From positions 1,816 through 25,815 of the forward strand of contig CAYVGE010000028.1 of the NCBI GenBank assembly GCA_964450395.1: a stretch of DNA of 24,000 bases, given 5' to 3'. The notes beneath the pieces were generated by a model. It saw only the letters and a program-made list of their open reading frames with translations. It was not told where the DNA came from and did not search any database. Position 1 is the stretch's first letter. Each line of letters starts with the position of its first letter. The stretch is from an uncultured Actinomycetota bacterium (GTDB taxonomy: Bacteria > Actinomycetota > Nitriliruptoria > Euzebyales > JAHELV01). The position numbers and the translations under genes were made by a program. Below, in pieces: positions 18,009 to 24,000 of the stretch.

Positions 18009-18072
18009 TTGTGTGACGCTATGTCTGACTGCCGGCGGATGCAAGCGGTTTCTCAGACATGGTTCCACACAA
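18009..18072. promoter_or_regulatory. two inverted copies of a 20-bp motif, candidate FruR operator
   Basis: Left copy TTGTGTGacgctATGTCTGA (18009-18028). Right copy, minus strand, TTGTGTGgaaccATGTCTGA (18053-18072). 16/20 identical; 24-bp spacer. Confidence 0.6.
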
Positions 18073-18153
18073 CCGATCATGGCGGCCGTGGTGGCCGGGC
18101 GCCTGCGACAATGATCGTGCATCGCAGGGCACCAGACAAGGAGCAGCACGCGG

Positions 18154-19623
18154 ATGGAGCACCAGGCACGGGCACTGTGGATCGCGGGCGGGCCGGTGGC
18201 GGCGGCGGCCGACGCCACCATCGACGTCGACAACCCGGCGACGGGCGGGATCATCGGCCGCGTACCGGCGGCCGGCGCCGAGGACGTGGCCCGCGCGGTC
18301 ACGGCCGCCACGGAGGCCACCGACGCCTGGCGGTGGACACCGGCCAACGACCGGGCCGCGCTGCTGCACGAGGCGGCGGCCAGGACCGAGGCGCTGGCCG
18401 GGGAGCTCGTCGAGGCCCTCATCCGGGAGCAGGGCAAGGCCCGCCCGGAACAGGAGGAGGAGGTCGAGTGGTCCGCCACCACCCTGCGGTACTACGCCGA
18501 GCTCGGCCGCAACGCGCGCGGCCGCGTGGTGCCCAGCGGCGAACCGCGGACCCAGCTGAACCTCGTGCTCAAGGAGCCGTACGGGGTCGTCGGCGCGATC
18601 ATCCCGTGGAACTTCCCGCTCCTGCTGCTCGCGTGGAAGCTGGCGCCGGCGCTGGCCGCCGGCAACACCGTGGTCGTCAAGCCCAGCGAGCTGACGCCCC
18701 TGGTGACCCTCGACTGGATCGAGCGGTGCTTCGCGCACCTGCCCCCGGGCGTCGTCAACGTGGTGACCGGCGGCCCGGAGGCCGGTGAGGCGCTGGTCCG
18801 CCACCCCGACGTCCGTGTCATCGCCATGACCGGGTCGGTCGCGACCGGGCAGCGCATCGCCACCGTCGCCGCCCCCCTGATGAAGCACCTGCACCTGGAG
18901 CTGGGCGGCAAGGACGCGTTCGTCGTCGGGCCCGACGCCGCGGTGGAGGCCTCCGTCGAGGCCCTGGCGTACGCGGCCCTGTTCAACGCCGGCCAGGTGT
19001 GCACGTCGGCCGAGCGCATCTACGTGCCGGCGGACATGCACGACGACGTGGTCGACGCGACGGTCGACCGGCTGCGCCTCATCCGCGTCGGCGACCCGGC
19101 CGACGACGGCATCGACATGGGGCCCATGGCCGCGGCCCGGTTCCGTGACAAGGTCGCGGCGCACGTCGCCGACGCGGTCGAGCGCGGCGCACGGGTCGTC
19201 ACGGGCGGCGGTGTGCCCGACGGTCTGGACCGCGGCTGGTTCTACGCGCCGACGGTGGTGACCGGCGTCGACCACGACATGGCGATCATGACCGACGAGA
19301 CGTTCGGGCCGGTCATCGCGATCCAGCCCTACGACGACGTCGACCAGGCGATCGCCCTCGTCAACGACAGCCCCATGGGGCTCGGCGCGACGCTGCGGTC
19401 CAACGATCCGGCCCTGGTCAAGCGCTTCTTCGAGGAGGTCAAGGTCGGCACGGTGTGGATCAACGACCCGCTGACCGACACCTACGCGGCGCCGTTCGGC
19501 GGGATGAAGCTGACCGGCGGCGCCCGGGAGCTGGGCGACGAGGGACTCGAGTCGTTCCTCGAGACCAAGCACGTGCACTGGGACCTGGACCCCGACGTCA
19601 AGGACTGGTGGTACCCCTACTGA
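18154..19623 (+). CDS. aldehyde dehydrogenase family protein
   Basis: GAIIPWNFPLLLLAWKLAPALAAGNTVVVKPSELTPL, HLELGGKDAFVVGPDA, FNAGQVCTSAERIYVP. Substrate not determinable. Confidence 0.94.
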   Translation: MEHQARALWIAGGPVAAAADATIDVDNPATGGIIGRVPAAGAEDVARAVTAATEATDAWRWTPANDRAALLHEAAARTEALAGELVEALIREQGKARPEQEEEVEWSATTLRYYAELGRNARGRVVPSGEPRTQLNLVLKEPYGVVGAIIPWNFPLLLLAWKLAPALAAGNTVVVKPSELTPLVTLDWIERCFAHLPPGVVNVVTGGPEAGEALVRHPDVRVIAMTGSVATGQRIATVAAPLMKHLHLELGGKDAFVVGPDAAVEASVEALAYAALFNAGQVCTSAERIYVPADMHDDVVDATVDRLRLIRVGDPADDGIDMGPMAAARFRDKVAAHVADAVERGARVVTGGGVPDGLDRGWFYAPTVVTGVDHDMAIMTDETFGPVIAIQPYDDVDQAIALVNDSPMGLGATLRSNDPALVKRFFEEVKVGTVWINDPLTDTYAAPFGGMKLTGGARELGDEGLESFLETKHVHWDLDPDVKDWWYPY

Positions 19624-20345
19624 GCGGGCGTCGGGTGCAGCGCCTCGGTGTCGAGGCGCCGCTCGACGACGGCCGCGGCGACGTCCCGCAGCCTGTGGCC
19701 GTGGCCCCGGGCGTGGCGGCGCAGCAGCTCGAACGCCTCGGTGGGCTCCAGGTCACAGCGCGCCGCGACGAACCCCTTGGCCTGCTCGATCATGATCCGT
19801 GAGTCGAGGGCACCCTGCAGCTGCCGGTTGAGCTCCTCACGCCGCTCGTCGTCCGAGCCGTGCATCAGGTACAGCGTGGCGATGTCCGAAAACGCCGCAC
19901 CCAGCTCCTCCTGCTGCTCGTCGAGCCGCCCGGGCTCACGGCGGTACAGGTTGAGCGCTCCGAACACCTGCGCCTCGTACTGCAGGGGATAGCTGAACAC
20001 CGCCACCATCCCGGCCTCGACCGCCCGCGGGCCGAACCGCGGGAACTCCGGGTCGTCACGCAGGTCGGTCGCCATGACGCGCTCCGCCTTGCGGTAGGCC
20101 CGCAGGCACGGGCCCTCGTCGAGCTCGATCTGGAGGTCCTCGAGCCGCTTGAGCACCTCGTCGGACGACGACACGAAGCGCAGGTGGTTGTGCTCGTCGG
20201 TCAGCATCACGCCGGCACCGGCGACGTCGAGCACGTCGCGGAGGTCGCCCGCGAGGTCCGTCAGCACGTCGTCGAGGTCGTACTGGCGCACCAGCGTCTT
20301 CGCGAACTTCAGCAGCAGCGCCAGTGCCGCACCGTCGTCGGTCAC
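19617..20345 (-). CDS. GAF and ANTAR domain-containing RNA-binding regulator
   Basis: GAF-like ADLRDVLDVAGAGVMLTDEHN...DEGPCLRAYRKAERVMATDLRDDPEFPRF plus ANTAR DSRIMIEQAKGFVAARCDLEPTEAFELLRRHARGHGHRLRDVAAAVV. GTG at 20345 preceded by GGAGGAG. Confidence 0.88.
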   Translation of the reverse strand: MTDDGAALALLLKFAKTLVRQYDLDDVLTDLAGDLRDVLDVAGAGVMLTDEHNHLRFVSSSDEVLKRLEDLQIELDEGPCLRAYRKAERVMATDLRDDPEFPRFGPRAVEAGMVAVFSYPLQYEAQVFGALNLYRREPGRLDEQQEELGAAFSDIATLYLMHGSDDERREELNRQLQGALDSRIMIEQAKGFVAARCDLEPTEAFELLRRHARGHGHRLRDVAAAVVERRLDTEALHPTPAQ

Positions 20346-20530
20346 CGCGCCTCCTCCCGTCGCCCGGACCTTGCACCGCCCCATCATGACCACATGGCCG
20401 ACCGTGACACCATCGCATGATCGAACCGGACACGACCTACCGGTGCCGGGGGTGTGGTCCGCTGCTGGGTGTTCGACGACGCGTGCCGGGTGCCCGACGT
20501 CTGCGTCGAGCGGTGCCGGGGCCGGTGTGA

Positions 20531-20721
20531 CTGGCCAGGAAATGACCGATCGGCCAGCACGGCGATGTCGACCGCCGCGCCGATCAGGAAGGGCGGCGCC
20601 AGGTCGAAGGTCGTGTTGAGCACCGAGCACCCGGCTGCGGCCACCAGGCGACGGCGGTGCCCCGTGGCGTGGCGCCACAGGCGCGCCAACGGGGACCCTG
20701 CGCGGGAGGAGGCTGGTCCAT
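20531..20721 (-). pseudogene. 5' remnant of an ABC exporter (transmembrane-ATPase type)
   Basis: [50 protein letters not shown] resembles the ABC-exporter N-terminus. Upstream ATG (20721) is out of frame, similarity stops after about 50 aa, and no ATPase domain follows. Confidence 0.55.
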
Positions 20722-20760
20722 GGTCGCCAGCCTGACGCGCCGGGCGGCGCGGACCGGCGG

Positions 20761-22032
20761 TCAGTGCGCGGCGGGATCCGACCAGGTGGCCAGGCGGCGG
20801 ACCAGCTCGTCGCGCAGCGGCGCGTTGCCGGTCAGGCCGATCGCCGCCCGCAGTGCGGCGGCGGCCGCGTCGCGGCGGCCCACGCGGTCGAGCGCCTCGG
20901 CGCGGGCCGCGTGGAAGTGCGAGAAGTCCGCCAGCCGGTCGGCGAGTCCGTCGAGGTCGGCGAGCGCCGCCGCCGGCGCGCCGTGCTCCATGCGGGCCAC
21001 CGCCCGGTTGAGCCGCAGCACGGGATCGTCGCGCGCGGCGATCAACCGGTCGTACCAGCTGATGATCCCCGCCCAGTCCGTCGCGGCGTAGGTGGGCGCG
21101 GCGGCGTGCAGCGCAGCGATCGCCGCCTGGACGAGGTAGGGCCCGGCGACCCCACCGGCGAGGCCCTCGGCGACCAGCGCCCGTCCGCGGGCGATCCGGC
21201 CGGCGTCCCACCGGGTGCGGTCCTGCTCACGCAGCGGCACCGGGCGGCCAGCGCGCCAGCGTGCCGGCGCGCGCGCCGCGGTCAGCTCCAGGAGGGCGAG
21301 CAGGCCGGTCGTCTCGGCGTCGTCGGGGCACAGCTCGTGCAGCAGCGCCGCCAGCCGGACGGCCTCGTCCGCCAGCTCGACGCGCTGCAGCCGGGCGCCG
21401 GTCGACGCCGTGTGGCCCTCCGTGAAGATCAGGTAGATGACGCCGTGGATGCCGCCCAACCGCGGCGGCAGTTCGTCGGCACCGGGCACCGCGTACGGAA
21501 TCCCGGCCTCGCGGATCCGCCGCTTGGCGCGGCTGATGCGCTGGCCCATGGTCGGCTCTGGGACCAGGAAGGCGCGGGCGATCTCGCCGGTGGTGAGCCC
21601 CCCGACCACGCGCAGCGTCAGCGCGACCTGGGCCTCGGTCGACAGCGCCGGGTGGCACGCCGTGCACAGCAGCCGCAGGCGGTCGTCGGGGACCTCGCCC
21701 GGTGTCACGGCGTCGAGCTCGTGCACCTCCGGCATGACCAGCAGCGGTGCCTTGCGCCGCTCGGTGCCGAGCCGCCGCAGGCGGTCGACCGCGCGCCGGC
21801 GCGCCACCGCCAGCAGCCACCCTGCGGGCTCGGCCGGCAGGCCGCGGGTGGGCCACTGCGCCGCGGCCGCCGTCATGGCGTCGGACAGCGCGTCCTCGGC
21901 CAGCTCGAACTCGCGCAGCTCGGCCACCAGCGCACCGAGCACCCGCGGGTACTCGGTGCGGAAGGTCTCGGCGAGGCGCCGGTGCGCCGCCAGCGCCTCG
22001 CCGAGCGGTGACCTCCGCGGCGGGTCGGTCAC
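20761..22032 (-). CDS. RNA polymerase ECF sigma factor, ECF42 type (C-terminal extension)
   Basis: [99 protein letters not shown], long C-terminal domain. Next to a YCII/DGPF gene. Confidence 0.92.
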   Translation of the reverse strand: MTDPPRRSPLGEALAAHRRLAETFRTEYPRVLGALVAELREFELAEDALSDAMTAAAAQWPTRGLPAEPAGWLLAVARRRAVDRLRRLGTERRKAPLLVMPEVHELDAVTPGEVPDDRLRLLCTACHPALSTEAQVALTLRVVGGLTTGEIARAFLVPEPTMGQRISRAKRRIREAGIPYAVPGADELPPRLGGIHGVIYLIFTEGHTASTGARLQRVELADEAVRLAALLHELCPDDAETTGLLALLELTAARAPARWRAGRPVPLREQDRTRWDAGRIARGRALVAEGLAGGVAGPYLVQAAIAALHAAAPTYAATDWAGIISWYDRLIAARDDPVLRLNRAVARMEHGAPAAALADLDGLADRLADFSHFHAARAEALDRVGRRDAAAAALRAAIGLTGNAPLRDELVRRLATWSDPAAH

Positions 22033-22084
22033 GGGCCTCGGAGGTCCGCTGCGCCCCCGGCGGGCGGGCCCGCCGACCGACGCA

Positions 22085-22444
22085 TCAGGGCGCCTCGGAC
22101 ATGTCGAACTCGAGCACCGGCCGGACCTCGACGGCGCCCTGCGTGGGGATCTTCGCCGCCCACGCGATGGCCGCGTCGAGGTCGTCGACGTCGACCAGGT
22201 AGTAGCCGTTGATGATCTCCTTGGTCTCGGCGAACGGCCCGTCCGTCGTCATGGTCTGCCCGCCCTGCACCCGCACGGTGGTCGCGGACGTCGAGTCGGT
22301 CAACGCCTGCCCGTCGACGTAGTCACCGGACTGCTGCAGCTCGGTGGTGTAGTCGAACCACCGCTGCATGTCGGCCTGCTGGTCCTCCTCGGACCACCCT
22401 GCCCGCAGGCCCTCCTCCTCGGCGATGAGCAACAGGTACTTCAT
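22085..22444 (-). CDS. YCII-related (DGPF) domain protein
   Basis: MKYLLLIAEEE...TTDGPFAETKEIINGYYLVDVDDLDAAIAWAAKIP...GAVEVRPVLEF. Confidence 0.92.
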   Translation of the reverse strand: MKYLLLIAEEEGLRAGWSEEDQQADMQRWFDYTTELQQSGDYVDGQALTDSTSATTVRVQGGQTMTTDGPFAETKEIINGYYLVDVDDLDAAIAWAAKIPTQGAVEVRPVLEFDMSEAP

Positions 22445-22466
22445 GGCGATCACTCCTGGGTGCCGT

Positions 22467-22489
22467 GCGCCCCGCCGGGTGCGGGGCGC
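22467..22489 (-). promoter_or_regulatory. 9-bp-stem hairpin in predicted 5' UTR of the YCII gene
   Basis: gcgccccgc(cgggt)gcggggcgc, perfect arms, 22 bp upstream of the ATG. Confidence 0.45.
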
Positions 22490-22500
22490 CTCGGATGGTG

Positions 22501-22527
22501 GTCGTGCGGCGGTGCCCGGTTTCGACA
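22501..22527 (-). promoter_or_regulatory. ECF42-type promoter upstream of the YCII-sigma operon
   Basis: Minus strand TGTCGA (22522-22527), 17-bp spacer, CGAC (22501-22504). Confidence 0.65.
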
Positions 22528-22659
22528 GCTCGGAGCAGAACCGTTCCGGAGACCCCCGCCGGGCCCACATCCGGCGCAGCCGGGCCACCGCACGCGTCGG
22601 GGCCCCGGGCTCCACGAGGATTCTCGCACCACCGGGGCGGGTGCGCGCGGGCGGTCCGG

Positions 22660-23556
22660 TCAGGCCAGCAGGCCGGCCGCCGGGAACGCCAGGTACTCGA
22701 CGTAGAACAGCGCCCACACGACCAGGTAGAAGCGGGCGACCGACGGGCGGTCCGCCAGGTCGACCCGCAGGCTGGCGACGAGCAGCACGACGAGCGCCGC
22801 GAGGTGCGTCAGCGCCAGCACGCCGCCGTGCAGCCCCGGGACGCCCACCAGGCCGGCGGCGATGATGCCGCAGTAGGCCAGCGCGAGGACGACCAGCCCG
22901 AGGATCAGGACGCGGCGTGGCCCCAGGCGCAGGGTCAGGGTGCTGACCCGGAAGCGGCGGTCGCCGTCCATGTCGGGGATGTCCTTGAACCACGCGATCG
23001 CCAGGCTCAGCGCCAGCACGATCGCCGTCAGCGCGACGATCACCGGGGGCAGTCCGGCGGGCGCGCCCGTCGCGGTGACGAAGTGCACGAACAGCAGCAC
23101 GTTGACCACCAGCCCGCGCACGCCGGCGATCGACAGCGCCGCCCACAGCGCGAACCGCTTCAGCCGCAGCGGCGGCAGCGAGTAGGCCGCGCCGACCGCG
23201 ATGCCGGCCAGGAACGCCGCCAGGGCCCACGGCCCCGCGACCAGCCCGAGGCCCAGGGCCAGCGTCAGCGACGCCCACACCAGCCGTCGGGCGGCGCGCA
23301 TCGACAGCGCGCCGGACGGTATCGGCAGCCACGGCTTGTTGACGCGGTCGATGTCGACGTCGGTCACCTGGTTCAGCCCGACGATGAACACGTTGGTCGC
23401 CAGGCTGCCGACGAGCACGGCGGCGACCTGGCCGGTGCCCGGCCAGGCGCCGGTCTGCAGCGTCGCGAGCAGGGCGAGCGCCATCACCGACAGGCTCGTG
23501 CCGATGATCGTGTGCGGTCGGCTGAAGGCCAGGAGGGTTCCCACGGTCGCCACCAT
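22660..23556 (-). CDS. UbiA-family prenyltransferase
   Basis: FSRPHTIIGTSLSV, GLNQVTDVDIDRVNKPWLPIPSG, WFKDIPDMDGDRRF. Multiple TM helices; both Asp-rich motifs present. Confidence 0.9.
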   Translation of the reverse strand: MVATVGTLLAFSRPHTIIGTSLSVMALALLATLQTGAWPGTGQVAAVLVGSLATNVFIVGLNQVTDVDIDRVNKPWLPIPSGALSMRAARRLVWASLTLALGLGLVAGPWALAAFLAGIAVGAAYSLPPLRLKRFALWAALSIAGVRGLVVNVLLFVHFVTATGAPAGLPPVIVALTAIVLALSLAIAWFKDIPDMDGDRRFRVSTLTLRLGPRRVLILGLVVLALAYCGIIAAGLVGVPGLHGGVLALTHLAALVVLLVASLRVDLADRPSVARFYLVVWALFYVEYLAFPAAGLLA

Positions 23557-23622
23557 CCTGCCTCGCGCTGCCACCGCACACACGATGCGGGATCGGTGGG
23601 CGGCGTCCGTTACGGTGGGACG

Positions 23623-24000
23623 ATGCGTGCAGTCATCCTGGCGGGCGGCGGCGGCACGCGCCTCCGTCCCCTCACCAACACCATCCCCAAGCCCATGATC
23701 GAGTTCATGGCCAGGCCCTACGCGATCGGCCTGCTGCGCCGGCTGGCCGACGTCGGCGTGGACCGTCTCGATCTCCTGGTCGGCCAGGCGACCGACGCGT
23801 TCACCCCGCTGATCGAGGCGGGCCGCGACCTCGGCGTGGTCGTCGACGTCGCCTCGGAGGAGCGGCCGCTGGACACCGCCGGCGCCGCCCGACGACTGCT
23901 GCGCGACCCGGCGTGGACCGGGGACGCCATCGTGTGCAACGGCGACGTGCTGACCGACCTCGATCTCGCCCGGCTGCTGGCGGCTCACCGCGACGCGAAG
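23623..24000 (+). CDS. sugar-1-phosphate nucleotidyltransferase, truncated by window end
   Basis: MRAVILAGGGGTRLRPLTNTIPKPMIEF...VVVDVASEERPLDTAGAARRLLRDPAW...CNGDVLTDLDL. Open to the window end. Confidence 0.88.
   Translation, partial: MRAVILAGGGGTRLRPLTNTIPKPMIEFMARPYAIGLLRRLADVGVDRLDLLVGQATDAFTPLIEAGRDLGVVVDVASEERPLDTAGAARRLLRDPAWTGDAIVCNGDVLTDLDLARLLAAHRDAK

Noticed and set aside
17736-18788. 350-aa plus-strand ORF across the fruR-ALDH intergenic region
   Set aside because: Overlaps fruR antisense and the ALDH gene out of frame, passing through the dyad operator.
20346-20678. N-terminal extension of the GAF-ANTAR ORF in the track
   Set aside because: Translation is low-complexity and out of frame with the ABC remnant; a GTG with a strong GGAGGAG site at 20345 is the better start.
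20764-22705. Overlapping plus-strand ORFs of 415 and 422 aa
   Set aside because: Antisense to the ECF42 sigma and YCII genes; repetitive Arg/Gly/Ala composition.
1-24000. CRISPR arrays, transposases, phage genes or defence systems
   Set aside because: No regularly spaced direct repeats and no recognisable recombinase, transposase, nuclease-helicase or toxin-antitoxin proteins were found. The bifunctional nuclease is a housekeeping family.

Overview
High-GC window that looks chromosomal and Actinomycetota-like. Coordinates refer to this window. Main blocks: (1) Minus-strand glycine-cleavage/regulatory block: gcvH, a GarA-like FHA protein with an N-terminal zinc ribbon, an FtsR-like MerR, a D-Ala-D-Ala carboxypeptidase, a bifunctional nuclease, a second MerR, gcvPA and gcvPB. 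(2) A CDP-alcohol phosphatidyltransferase and a tRNA-Pro(GGG), followed by about 700 bp with little coding support. (3) A complete plus-strand oleA-oleB-oleC-oleD long-chain olefin (beta-lactone route) operon with unfused, overlapping oleB/oleC and strong hairpins at the other junctions. (4) A minus-strand fructose PTS operon (fruR-fruK-IIA-IIBC) with a two-copy 20-bp inverted motif just upstream of fruR. (5) An aldehyde dehydrogenase, a convergent GAF-ANTAR regulator and a degraded ABC-exporter 5' fragment. (6) An ECF42-type sigma factor with its YCII/DGPF partner and a near-exact ECF42-type promoter (TGTCGA-N17-CGAC). (7) A UbiA-family prenyltransferase divergent from a truncated sugar nucleotidyltransferase. 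No CRISPR array, intact mobile element or clear defence system was seen. The strongest leads are the ole operon's hairpins (one buries the oleB Shine-Dalgarno), the fruR dyad operator and the ECF42 autoregulatory promoter. Many very long ORFs in the track are antisense GC-rich shadows of real genes and are rejected.
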